Assembly: GCF_006345805.1 (NCBI RefSeq)
Contig: NC_043020.1
Span: forward strand, 26,226,001 to 26,290,000
DNA from: Octopus sinensis
Lineage: Eukaryota
DNA: 64,000 bases
Direction: 5' to 3'
Shown in pieces: positions 12,430-24,249 of the stretch. Within the stretch, counting starts at the first letter, position 1, and every line of letters starts with the position of its first letter. The notes under the pieces are model-generated. The model made no database searches. It had not been told where the DNA came from and saw nothing but the letters and a program-made list of their open reading frames with translations. Made by a program: the position numbers and the translations under genes.

Positions 12430-12844
12430 TATGTTTTCTCCTCTCTTTCTCTTACATCGTCTTCTCAGCCACGCTTAGTTTTCGTTAAATGGTGCACAAA
12501 AATCTAATAAGTTGCTTTTGTTCTTGCGCGATATTCCATCCATGACCACCACCTCATCATATGTTTCTGACACAGTGTAACTGGGACTACATCATTTGAT
12601 GTGCTCACACTTGTTATTGTCGCTTAGCCTCAAGTCAAGCTTCTTCCAACAGCATCATATGTGATGCAAGGTTTACCATCTACAATCATCTTGTCTATTT
12701 TAAAAAATTTTTCTTTTATTCAATAAATCTTTTCCCCCCTCTCTTAAGATGGTATGGTGTGATTTGAGGAACATTTGGCTGTTATTTCTAGCAACTAGTT
12801 AAAGGATTGTTTCCTCTGTTTGAAATTCCACTGTTGTCAGTAAA

Positions 12845-12877
<33 letters not shown>

Positions 12878-13178
12878 GAGTGAGAGAGCAGTGCATGCCA
12901 TCAAAGTGACACAGGGGTAGAATATACGAAGCCTAGTATACCCATCATGACTACCTGTCTGATAAGGGTACACTAGGTTCATGCATTACAACCATATGTG
13001 TGCGACATGGTGATCTCATATCAAGATAAACAGCACATGACCTTGCACGTGGGGCCCAGGCAGAATTTTCTTCAGGTCGAGTAACTCATCCTGCTCAAAA
13101 GGTCCCTGAATAAGGGTTGTTTAAGGATGTTGAATGAAACACCGATGTTTCCAAAGGTGAATTATCCAAATCCCAAAG
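12878..13178 (-). mobile_element. Family D copy
   Basis: Matches 5500-5790. Confidence 0.8.
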
Positions 13179-13287
13179 ATTTTTGAGATCTGTAGACTAC
13201 AATCACTTAATTATATAAAGAGGAGTCGGAGTCAAAGGTGCCAACAGCAGAGGAGTCAGAGTCTTTTGTTTTGACTCTGCAGCGCTG

Positions 13288-13432
13288 CTCACCACATTGT
13301 TCCACATCTTCCAGAGTCTACCCCTTCTACATGTCCCCTGTCCAATTAGAGATCAACACCTCTTGATGCAACTGTCTTCATTCATACACCTTACATGGCC
13401 CTGCAAGCGCAGTCTTCTCTCTTGCACACTAC
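13288..13432 (-). mobile_element. RTE-clade LINE ORF remnant
   Basis: Minus strand reads SVQERRLRLQGHVRCMNEDSCIKRC*SLIGQGTCRR, then after a frameshift GRLWKMWNNVV; this fits the RTE RLRWxGHVxRM...RGRPxKTW region. Confidence 0.8.
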
Positions 13433-13451
13433 GTCAATGGTAGTAATAATA

Positions 13452-13847
13452 ACGGTTTCAAATTTTGCCACAAGGGCAGAAATTTTGGTGGGGAGGGGAT
13501 TACATCAACCCCCCTGGTGCATAACTGGTACTTAATTTATCGACCCTGAAAGGATGAAAAGCAAAGACAACCTTGCCGGAATTTGAACTCAGAACGTAGC
13601 GGCAGATGAAATACCTATTTCTTTATTACCCACAAGGGGCTAAAGACAGAGGGGACAAACAAGGACAGACATGGGTATTAAGTCGATTACATCGACCCCA
13701 GTGCGTAACTGGTACTTAATTTATTGACCCCGAAAGGATGAAAGGCAAAGTCGACCTCGGCAGAATTTGAACTCACAACATAATGGCAGCCGAAATACCA
13801 CTAAGTTTTTCGCCTGGGTTGCTAATATTTCTACCACCTCACCGCCT
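13452..13847 (-). mobile_element. Two tandem SINE B copies
   Basis: The reverse complement of the family-B body occurs twice. Confidence 0.85.
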
Positions 13848-13876
13848 TTTCAATGATGATGAAAATTATAATAATA

Positions 13877-14374
13877 ATAGCGTGTGTGACCCCTTTCGGT
13901 CATGAATGACCATGGGATTGCACCTAGAAAGTTACCCTCCGAGGCACAAGTCTGGGCAAGGTTGTTTATGGAAAACCAGCAGTCGCCCACGCATACTGGC
14001 TCCCCTCTCCATGTCACCAGTGTTATCCAAGGGAAAGGCAAAGGGGCCGATACAGCTTGGCACCAGTGATGTCGCAGCTCATTTATTAACGTGCAAATGG
14101 CTGAGCACTCCACAGACACGTGTATGCTTAACATAGTTCTCAAGGAGATTCAGCGTGACACAGTGTGACAAGGCTGGCCCTTTGAAATACAGGAACAATG
14201 GAAACAGGAAGAAAGAGTGAGAGAAAGTTGTGACAGCAGGGTTCGCCACCATCCCTCGTGAAGCTTTGGGTGTTTTCACTCAATAAACACTCACAATGCC
14301 CGGTCTGGGAATCGAAACTGCGATACTGTGACCGCGAGTCCGCTGCCCTAACCACTGGACCATTGCGCCTCCAC
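13877..14374 (-). mobile_element. Family G tRNA SINE, composite tail
   Basis: Head gtggaggcgcaatggtccagtggttagggcagcggactcgcgg...gtttcgattccc. The body is shared with 28203 and 39131, and the tail segment tgagcactccacagacac with 53396-53719. Confidence 0.8.
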
Positions 14375-15059
14375 AATAATAATAATAATAATTATTATTA
14401 TTATCTATAATTATATATTCATATCTGTTGTTATTTAACCTCAGCCGACCTCTTGCCTAACAAATCTTTGATCAAAAACCACTCCAGCCGTGGCCTTCAT
14501 ATCTATGTCTAATGTGTTTGGAACCCAATTTTGTGTTATGCAACATGTTTGTTTGTAAGTCAGTGCTGTGCAATTTGAGGGAGTCCTGGCTGCTCTTTCT
14601 TAACAAGTTGGGCAACTAAGACTTAGAGGCTCCCTCATTATCTTGGATTAACAGCAGTGTTTCGTGGTGGATCAGACAGGTGAAGTGAGGGATATTTTTC
14701 CGATGTTTTGGAAATAAAATTCCAGAATTCCTTGTCAGCTTCATCCACTGCAGCAGCAGCATCACCATTCTCTACCATTATCACCAGTGCCATCCTTACC
14801 AATCATACCACCACCACCACTACCACCACCATTTATAGCTCTCTCTCTCCCTCACCACGTCCCTACCACTACTCGGCTCCTCACCATTAATTCATATGCA
14901 TCTGGCATTTTTAATTTCAGGACCAGGGATGGGGGTGGGGGAAGAAGGTGGTTGTGGTTGTGATAGTAGTAGGAGTGGTGGTGGTGGGAGTGCTGGTAAG
15001 AACGGCGAAGGGTGTTAAGCAATGACAACTCCCGAGGGACGGTAATTGAAAGCTAAACC

Positions 15060-15954
15060 CTAACAGCAACAACAACAACAATAATAATAATAATAACAAT
15101 AATAATAAAAATAATAATAATAATGGTAATAATAATAATGGTAATATTAATAATAATAATAATAATAATGGTAATAATAATAATATTAATAATAATAATA
15201 ATAATAATAATGGTAATAATAATAATATTAATAACAATAATAATAATAATATTAATAACAATAACAATAATAATAATAAGAAGAAGAATGATAGTGATGG
15301 TGGTGACAATGAGAGGAAGAATAGTGATGATGATGATGATGATGCGAGTGGTTGTGATAATTTTGGTGGGGATTATTTTGAAGTTATTGATGATGGTGAT
15401 GGTCATGATGATGACTGATGACTAAAATTTTTGTACTGATGGTGATGATGATGGTGAAGATAGTGATGATGATGTTTGTAATGATGATGATAATTATGAT
15501 GATGTCAATAATAGTGACAATAGTAATAACGATGATGGTTATGATGATGATTATGATGATGATATTGATGAGGTGATGATGATGATCATGGTGGTGAAGA
15601 TAGCGATTTGTAATGAGGACAACAACGGCGATGACGACAATCCTGATCATTGTCCTTGTCATCATTTCTGTTGCCGCAAGGGGAGGTGATGTGTGGCACG
15701 AGGTGGGGAGGCACGGCACATCATTCTACAACAGGGAATCATTTACAAAGTAATAACAATGATAATACAGTGAATAACAAAATACCGATTCCACCACCAC
15801 CACACCACCACTACTAGTACTACTACTGCTGCTACTACTACTACTACTAATAATAATAATGATAATAATAATACTAACACCAACTATAAGAAGAATAAGA
15901 ATAAAAATATCAATAATAATAATAATAATAATACCATAATAATGATAATACCAT

Positions 15955-15985
<31 letters not shown>

Positions 15986-16135
15986 TGATAATACGAACAC
16001 CAACTGTAATAAGAATAAGAATAAAAATATCAATAATAATAATAATAATACCATAATAATAATAATAATAATACTAACACCAACTGTAAGAATAATAATA
16101 ATAATAGTAATAATAACGATGATTATGGTAATAAA
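15060..16135. repeat. (AAT)n, (GAT)n and (ACT)n trinucleotide tracts
   Basis: Direct reading. Confidence 0.95.
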
Positions 16136-17143
16136 GAAAAATAAGCGAAATACATATTTAAGAATCTGTGGAGTAAAATTTTTGAAAATTGAGACCAATC
16201 AAAGAATGAAGTTACCGATTCCTTGGTTTCTTGCTTGTCTTCTTGAGTTTCTTCGGTAGTTTTTCTTTTTTTTTATCTCTGTCTTTTTATTCTATTTATA
16301 TATTTTTTGTACATATTTTTTGTTTGTTTGTTTGTAGGGGGTGGGGGAAGAATGATGTTGTTTTGAGGGAATGGTGGTAGTGATGGTGGCGGCAGCGGGG
16401 AACAGGGTTTGTTCAGGTTTCGTAGATTTTTTTTTGGTATTATTTTCTGTTTTTTTTTTATTACAATATTATTTTAGTTAATTTTTTTTTTTGGTATTTT
16501 TTTTCAAACCAATTTAATCCAAACACATTTAAATAACTTTTTATTTAATTTATATATTTATTTATTTTTTTTTTTGTATGTGTGTGTGTGTGTATTTTTT
16601 TTTCCCCTCATTTTATTTTGTAAATAAAAAGAAAAATTGCATTAAGAACTTCGTTTCACATGAAACCATGCATTTGGCTTAAAGAATCCGTAAAAATAAA
16701 ATTAAAAATAATACTAATAATAAAACGGCGGAAAAAAAAAGGTTTTAAATAACTAGCACCAAATTCCAACCAAACTTCATGCCACCCACCTACCCACCCA
16801 CCCATCTATTCTGTTCTTCCTCCGATTTCATGAAACAGCATGTACAAACATGCAGAAAAAAAAAATTAAAACACACACACAGAAATATAAATAAAAATGA
16901 AAAAAAAGAGACAGCTGCTACCCACCTCCACACACCACTTTAAGCTGTATCATCCTCATCATCATCATCATCATCAACTAACTGTATCATCTTTTCGCCA
17001 TTACACACCTGCCAATGGTGAAGCCTCTAATGTTTGTTCAGTATACTAGAAATAGCAGCTAAGTCTCAAATTAGAATCTGAAGTCTGGAACAAGGAAGCA
17101 GGGCCAATAGCTGATAGGATCACCATCATCATCATTATTTAAT

Positions 17144-17374
17144 TATTTCTTTACTACCCACAAGGGGCTAAACACAGAGAGGACAGACAAGGACAGACAG
17201 ACGGATTAAGTCGATAATATTAACTCCAGTGCGTAAGTGGTACTTATTTAATCGACCCCGAAAGGATGACAGGCAAAGTTGACCTCGGCAGAATTTGAAC
17301 TCAGAACGTTGCGGCAGACGAAATACGGCTACGCATTTTGCCCGACATGCTAACGTTTCTACCAGCTCACTGCC
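17144..17374 (-). mobile_element. Full SINE B copy
   Basis: Reverse complement of 35526-35760. Confidence 0.85.
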
Positions 17375-17375
17375 A

Positions 17376-17708
17376 TTTAATATCCGTTTTCCATGCTAGC
17401 ATGGGTCAAAAGGTTTGACCAGAGCTGGCCGGGCCAGAGGGCTGTGCCAGGCTCTACTATTTCTTCTGGTGTGGTTTCTGTGGCTGTATATCATTCCTGA
17501 TGCCAAGTATTTCACAGAGTGTACAAGGTGCTTTTAATGTGGCCCCAACTCCACTATTTTACTGTGGTGGATGGGTCTTCTTGAGTAGAGCAACGTACCA
17601 AATATTCTGGCCCCTTTGTCATGTCCTTCATGAGGCTCAGTATCTTAAGATCAACTTTTAATACTTCGTTCCATGTCTTCCTGGGTTTCCTTCTTCTACA
17701 AGTGCCAT
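17376..17708 (-). mobile_element. Older family A copy with RTE ORF remnant
   Basis: Minus strand GTCRRRKPRKTWNEVLKVDLKILSLMKDMTK fits RTE RGRPRKTW...; followed by the family-A 3' UTR. Confidence 0.8.
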
Positions 17709-18021
17709 GCACTAAGATGACTTTTTTTTATTCTTTCATCCTTTTATCTGTTTCAGTCATTTGACTGCGGCCATCCATTCGGAGTTGATAAAATATCAGT
17801 TATACTCTTGTGTGAACAAAAGCGCTAATAACAATGAAGAAATAAAAAGATTTTTTTTCCAAAATTCTGGCGACTTTTTTTCTCAATATTCAATTTCTGT
17901 ACATCATGCCTAACACTCTGTACATATATATATATATATATATAATATATATATATATATTTGGATTAACTATCATCATCATCATCATCGTTTAAACGGA
18001 CGTTAAACGATGATGATGACA

Positions 18022-18213
18022 GTTAATCCAAACATGAAAACACAACAACGTGAGGACGTGGAACAAATATAGTATTATTGGACGCTCAGGAAAGAAGGAA
18101 AGAAGGAGGGTTTAATGTTTCGAACGGAGCTCTTCATCAAAAACATAGCAAAAGGAAAGATCCAAGGAAGGGAAGATGGAGGAAAAAAATCGCCAACAAT
18201 ACCCACACGGTCA
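18022..18213 (-). mobile_element. Penelope-like pLTR fragment, family H1, with degenerate hammerhead
   Basis: Same family as 22041-22226; the minus strand reads gttt-TGATGA-agagctccgttc-GAAA-cattaaac. Confidence 0.65.
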
Positions 18214-18679
18214 TATATTATGTATGTGAGTCTATATATTTGTGTCTGCTTGTTTTGATATCACGTGACAGTTGTAAACGAGAGTCCCTGTCCTACAAGC
18301 AATGTCATTCATTTCCAATAATCTGTGAAGACATGTCTAGCCATAGGGAAATAATACGTTCCAAAGAAATAGGTGACAGTTGGTGACAGGAAGAGCATAC
18401 AGCTGTAGAAAAATTTGCTTTAGTAAACTCTGTCTAATCTATACAATCTTGGAAAGGTGGTTGTCAAAGCGATGATGATGATAGTTCCACGTATTTTTAT
18501 ATTCCTAGACAAAATACTCTATTCCTGGCCAAAAAAACTGGTTTAATTTTAGATCGTAATTTCTGTATTGAATGGTGTAATTATACATGTTGGCGTTTGT
18601 AGGAATTTTCAAATGAATCCCTTCAAAGTTTGCCAAAACAATGTTTTACCTTATATCTTATAACAATGTTTTACCTTAT

Positions 18680-19300
18680 AACTGATGCACACACACACAC
18701 ATGTGTGTATGTGTGTGTGTATGTATATATATGTGTGTGTGTGTGTATGTATATATATATGCATGTGTGTGTATGTGTATATATATGTATGTGTGTATAT
18801 GTGTGTGTGTGTGTGTATGTATATATATATGTGTGTGTATGTGTATATATATGCATGTGTATGTGTATATATATGTATGTGTGTATGTATATATATATGC
18901 ATGTGTGTATGTATATATATATATGTGTGTGTGTATGTATATATATATTGTGTGTGTGTATGTATATATATATGTATGTGTGTGTATGTGTATATATATG
19001 TGTGTGTGTGTATGTGTATATATATGTGTGTGTGTATGTATGTATATATATGTGTGTGTGTGTGTGTGTATGTATATATATATATATATGCATGTGTGTG
19101 TATGTGTATATATATGTATGTGCATGTATGTATATATATATGTGTGTATGTGCATGTGTATGTGTATATATATATGTGTGTGTGTGTATGTATGTATATA
19201 TATATGCGTGTGTGTGTGTGTATGTATGTATATATATATGCGTGTGTGTGTATGTATATATATGTATGGGTGTGTGTGTGTGTTTGTATATCTTTATATA
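18680..19300. repeat. (TG)/(TA) compound microsatellite
   Basis: Direct reading; it explains the six long ORFs tracked here. Confidence 0.95.
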
Positions 19301-19309
19301 TAGTGGAGC

Positions 19310-19725
19310 GCTAAGAGTACCATACAAGTGAGATCGTTGCCAGAGCAACAAGCTGGCCTTCGTGTCGATGGCACGTTAAACACACCATTTGAGTGTGATC
19401 ATTACTGCGTCGCCTTACTAGCACTTGTGCTGGTGGCACGTGAAACATTCAAGCGAGGTCGTCACCAGTGCCGCTGGACTGGCTCCTGTGCAGGTGGCAC
19501 ATAAAAAGCACCATTTGGGCATGGCCGTTGCCAGTACCACCAAACTGGCCCTCATGCCGGTGGCACGTAAAAGCACCTGCTACACTCTTGGAGTGGTTGG
19601 CGTTAGGAAGGGCATCCGGCAGTAGAAACTCTGCCAGATCAGATTGGAGTCTGGTTCGCCAGACCTCAGTCAAATCATCCAACACATGCTAGCATGGAAA
19701 GCGGACATTAAATGATGAAGATGAT
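19310..19725 (+). mobile_element. Family A 3' UTR copy
   Basis: gagtggttggcgttaggaagggcatcc...catgctagcatggaaagcggacattaaatgatga. Confidence 0.85.
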
Positions 19726-19867
19726 GTGTGTGTAATGTGTGTGTGTGTGTGTGTGTTGAGGGTGCATGCCCTTGTAGTTAAGGTGTTACACTCAGTGTCA
19801 TGAGATCATGGTTTCAATTCTTCAATGAGGTGGTGCATGGTGTTCTCAAGCAGAACACTTCATCTCA

Positions 19868-20003
19868 ATATTTACATTTGACAGATATTTGTCCTCATCT
19901 TGTTTGTTGTTAACACTATGTTTCATCTGATATACCATCCAGCCTTCATCAGGCGTCTTGGGAAATTTCGAACCTCGGTTCTCATTCCTAAGGTATTTTT
20001 CAA

Positions 20004-20044
<41 letters not shown>

Positions 20045-20118
20045 TGGTCAGTACTTGGAATTGAACTCGGAATCTTGGGGTTAGTAGCCCGCACTCTTAA
20101 CCACTATGCCATATGCCC
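19868..20118 (-). mobile_element. tRNA-headed short element with (AAT)n linker and hammerhead-bearing Penelope-like tail
   Basis: Head GGGCATATGGCATAGTGGTTAAGAGTGCGGGCTACTAACCCCAAGATTCCGAGTTCAATTCC (A and B boxes); tail gacgc-CTGATGA-aggctg...cagat-GAAA-cata-gtgtt. Confidence 0.75.
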
Positions 20119-20204
20119 CGTGGGCATATGGCGTAGTGGTATATCAGCTGGAGGGTATATCGGACAAAAGGTTGTGTTAACAACAAACAAGATGAGGACA
20201 AATA

Positions 20205-20612
20205 TCTCTTTTACTCTTTTACTTGTTTCAGTCATTTGACTGTGGCCATGCTGGAACATCGCCTTTAGTCGAGCAACTCAACCCCAGGACTTATTTTTTG
20301 TAAGCCTAGTACTTATTCTATCTGTCTCTTTTGCTGAACCACTAAGTGACAGGGACATAAACACACCAGCATCGGTTGTCAAGCAATGCTAGGGGGACAA
20401 ACACAGACACACAAACACACACACACACATACATATATACATATATACGACGGGCTTCTTTCAGTTTCCGTCTACCAAATCCACTCACAAGGCTTTGGTC
20501 AGCCCGAGGCTATAGTAGAAGACACTTGCCGAAGGTGCCACGCAGTGGGACTGAACCCGGAACTATGTGGTTGGTAAGCAAGCTAATAACCACACAGCCA
20601 CTCCTGTGCCTA
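20205..20612 (-). mobile_element. Full SINE C copy
   Basis: Reverse complement of 7042-7445. Confidence 0.9.
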
Positions 20613-21129
20613 TATGGGGAGAATTAACAAAAAAAACAAAAGACGAAGACAGGTGGTGTATGTATGTATGTGTGTGTGTATAAGAGAAGAGTGTGTTTTG
20701 TGTGTGCTGCTAGTTGCATGTATGTGCACACACACACACGTGTATGTATGTATGCGCGTGTGTGTGTGTACTGAAGCATGGGTGTGTATTTCTGCATGAA
20801 TAAATAAGACTAAATCAGTAATTTAAAATTCAAAATTACATAAAAAATATAAAAATTCTCACGAGAATCCTGATTTGTTTAAACATTTTGTGTTTTTCTT
20901 TTTGAGTGGTTATATTTTTATTTTCCTCTTTAATTAAATTTAATTAAAAACTTCACCCAAGAACATTGTTGCCTCGTTAAATCTAAGAATCCTATTTGCT
21001 TACTAAATTTCCATTGACTTTATTTAATTAAATGCTGTGTAACATGGTATGTGATAGTTCGAGCCAATAATGAAGTTCCTACGTGGTCATAGAATCTGCT
21101 AGAAACAACAGCCAAATCTCTTTCAAGCC

Positions 21130-21490
21130 ATCATCATCATCATCATCATCATCATTTAGCGTCTATTATCGTTTGAAACTGGTAAACGGAAGAGCGGCAC
21201 CAAGTTCCAATCTGATTTCATATGGTGTCTGTGGCTGGATCCCTTTTCCTAATGAATGCCAGCCACTCCCAGACTGTAATTGGTGCTTTTTATGTGCCAC
21301 TGGCACAGGTGCCAGTAATGTGACACCGGCATCAGTCACAACTACGATTTCCCTTGGCTTGAAAAGTCTTCTCAAGCCTATCCTTTTTTCTTTACTACCC
21401 ACAAGGGGGCTAAACATAGAGGGGACAAACAAGGACAGACAAATGGGTTAAGTCGATTACATCGACCCCAGTGCATAACTGGTACTTAAT
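21130..21490 (-). mobile_element. Family A copy (21130-21378) plus SINE B 3' part
   Basis: (CAT)n tail and family-A UTR, then actacccacaaggggctaaac of family B. Confidence 0.7.
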
Positions 21491-21772
21491 CTATCGTCCT
21501 GTATTTTCTTTTACCCGATGCCAGGAACTTTTCAGCACCCCTTGTATGTATATATGATATTGACTGTGGCCATGCTGGAGCACTGCCTTTAGTTGAGCAA
21601 ATCAACTCTAGGATTTATTCTTTGTAAGCCTAATACTTATTCTATCAGTCTCTTTTGCCAAACCACTAAGTTACGGGGATGTAGACACACCAGAATCGGT
21701 TGTCAAGCGATGTTGGGGGAGGGGGATAAACACAGACACAAACATATACACACATGTACATATATATATATA

Positions 21773-21805
<33 letters not shown>

Positions 21806-21806
<1 letters not shown>

Positions 21807-22026
21807 AGCAGCAGAAATTTCAACAAAACCTGTTACTCTGAGTTTCCTGTTGCCGTTCATCGGACAGTTTTTGCTAGAAAAAAACTGTCTGATGAATGGC
21901 AACGGGAACTCAGAGTAACAGGTTTTGTTGAATTTTCTGCTGCTTTAAATAAAGCATATTATTCTACCACTGGTATTTGAGTACTCTTTTTTCTACCTTG
22001 TTTCACATTTGTGTGTTTACTCCGGT
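21806..22026 (+). mobile_element. Penelope-like family I element with inverted 5' copy (67-68 bp arms)
   Basis: Arms 21806-21872 and 21878-21945 are reverse complements with a hammerhead-like motif in each. The family recurs at 49333-49530 and 56803-56948; (TA)n lies on both sides. Confidence 0.75.
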
Positions 22027-22040
22027 ATATATATATATAT

Positions 22041-22226
22041 AAAGTTAATCCAAACATGAAAGCACAAAAAACACAACAACGCGAGGACGTGGAACAAATA
22101 TAGTGTTATTGGACGCTTAGGAAAGAAGGAAAGAAGGAGGGTTTAACGTTTCGAGCGGAGCTCTTCGTCGGAAACATAGGAGAAGGAAAGATCCAGAGAA
22201 GGGAAGACAGAGGAAAAAAAATCGCC
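22041..22226 (-). mobile_element. Penelope-like pLTR fragment, family H1, with minimal hammerhead at 22141-22175
   Basis: Minus strand GTTT-CCGACGA-A-GAGC tcc GCTC-GAAA-CG-TT-AAAC. Confidence 0.7.
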
Positions 22227-22630
22227 ATATATATATATATATATATATGATGGGCTTCTATCTATCCATCCATCCACCTTTCTCTTTCTTTCACTGTTTC
22301 TCTCTTCTTTGCCCTCTTCTCTCTTTCTCTATCTCTCTGTCTTACTCCCTCCCTTCACTATGTTTTTTCTCTCCCCCTCTTACTCTGCCTTTCCCTTCTT
22401 TCTTGTCCTCCCCCTTCTCTCTCTCTCTATTCACTTATACTTTTCCTCTTATCTCTCTTTGTCTTTCTATACACCCAGGACTCTAGCTTTCTTTCTCCCC
22501 CCCCCCTCTCTCTCTCCATTCTTTCTCCATTCTCTCTCCCTTTCTCCCCACCTCTCTTCCTCATTCTATCTCTCTTCCCCCCCCCCCCCCTCTCTCTGTC
22601 AACTAAAAAGTCAATCTAATACTCTCTTAC

Positions 22631-22694
22631 AAAAACTTCTTTCTCCAAAAATTTCCTGACAATCTTCCAATGTTCCAACGTTCCAATGTTCCAT
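22631..22694 (-). CDS. Candidate 64-nt internal exon (unverified)
   Basis: Acceptor tctttcttttgttcag and donor gtaaga. Phase-compatible with the candidate first exon, giving HGTLERWNIGRLSGNFWRKKF. However, all three frames are open and it contains a 4x 8-mer repeat. Confidence 0.25.
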
Positions 22695-23031
22695 CTGAAC
22701 AAAAGAAAGATCAGTGTCGGTGTAGATGGGGGTGGGCCAGGTATGATTGATGGGTGGCAGGAGAGATGACAGAGTCGGTCTTTTTATCTTTTTAACGATA
22801 ATTATATATAATTAGGGGTAATTTGCTCTGTAAGTTTTGGTTTTTATTTCAGAGAAATTTGCATATTCTAACTCTTAAATGAGTGAAGGAAGAGGGAGGG
22901 GGAGCTGTGTGTGTGTATGTGTGTGTGTGTGTATGTGTGTGAAAATATTGTCTGTATGTGTGTGTTTGGAGACACACATGAGCATTCAAGCATATGCAAA
23001 TAATAATATACACATAATCACACACACACGC

Positions 23032-23064
<33 letters not shown>

Positions 23065-23067
23065 TAT

Positions 23068-23100
<33 letters not shown>

Positions 23101-23720
23101 CTAAAAGTGCCAGAATCCAGAGAAAGTGTGTCTGTGTGTATATGTTTATGTGCTTGTGTGTGTATATGTATATACATACACACACACACACACACAAATA
23201 TATATTTTTTATATCAAAGTGATATATATACAAAATAGTGTATATATATATATATATATATATATACAAAACAATATATATAAGATAGCACATATATGTA
23301 CAAAACACATATAACCATATAAGATAGTATATATATATATATAATATATATATATACACACAAGCTATATATATATATATGCAAGCTATATATATATATA
23401 TATATATATAATATAGCTTGTAATGTAAACAAATAGACAGATGGAAAAGAAACGAGGAAATGTGTTTATATATATTATTATATATATATATATACACACA
23501 CATATATATCATGTGTGTGTTGTGTGTATATGTGTGTTACTTTTGCGTATGCACCAGTTAACATACTCATGTGTGTGTGTGTGTGTGTGTGCACCTAAGT
23601 ATGTGCATAATAATTGCGATTTAGGAATTAATGTGCGAAGAGAGGAAAATACAAAAGAGTTGTTAATGTATATTTAGAATCTATTATTTATAATAATAGA
23701 CAACAGCCTTCACTATTGCA

Positions 23721-23751
<31 letters not shown>

Positions 23752-24249
23752 CTATTATTCATAATAGACAACAACCTTTGCAACTTCTTCCTCCTCCTCT
23801 TCCCGCTACTCTGCCTCTACTTTCACTTTTATTTTGAATTGCTTGTGAGCGAGTGGTGTATATGTATATCCCTGTGTGTGTCTGTATGGATGTGTGTGTG
23901 TATATATATATATATGTGTGTGTGTGTTTATATTTGCATGTGTGTGGTGTGTGAATGTGTTTGTGTGAGAATATATATCCATGTGTGGATGTGTATATTC
24001 CTCTGTACATCCCTCTGCGTGTGTGCATATATTCCTCCATGCGTGTGTGTGTATCCCTGTGTAAATGCTTGTGCATCCCCTTGTGCATGAGTATCTACAT
24101 GCGAGTGTGTATTCTTGCGTATGTGCACCTGTGTGGTGTGTGTGCATATGGATGTGTACGTTAGCTTATAAGTGCGGGTGATTTGGAACCATTCTGAAGA
24201 ATCCAATCATTACTTCCTCATTCACTTTATGCTCCCATTCCACCCTCAC

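Noticed and set aside
14638-14793. 51-aa minus ORF MALVIMVENGDAAAAVDEADKEFWNFISKTSEKYPSLHLSDPPRNTAVNPR
   Set aside because: Short, starts in low-complexity sequence, ends against an old repeat, and has no splice or homology support I can see.
14921-14994. Plus-strand AG...GT-bounded segment
   Set aside because: G-rich low complexity with no partner exon or recognisable peptide.
14917-16259. Poly-L, poly-I and poly-N ORFs (also near 6.0, 33.5, 34.9, 54 and 62.3 kb)
   Set aside because: Trinucleotide microsatellite artefacts.
18630-19351. Long ORFs (200+ aa) rich in C/V/Y/I or H/T/Y/I, here and at 29.5, 37.2, 44.1, 55.4 and 60.8 kb
   Set aside because: They are translations of TG/TA/CA dinucleotide repeats, which lack stop codons.
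20046-20118. Functional tRNA gene
   Set aside because: Acceptor and anticodon stems pair poorly and it is fused to a repeat body; it is a SINE head, like the family G heads.
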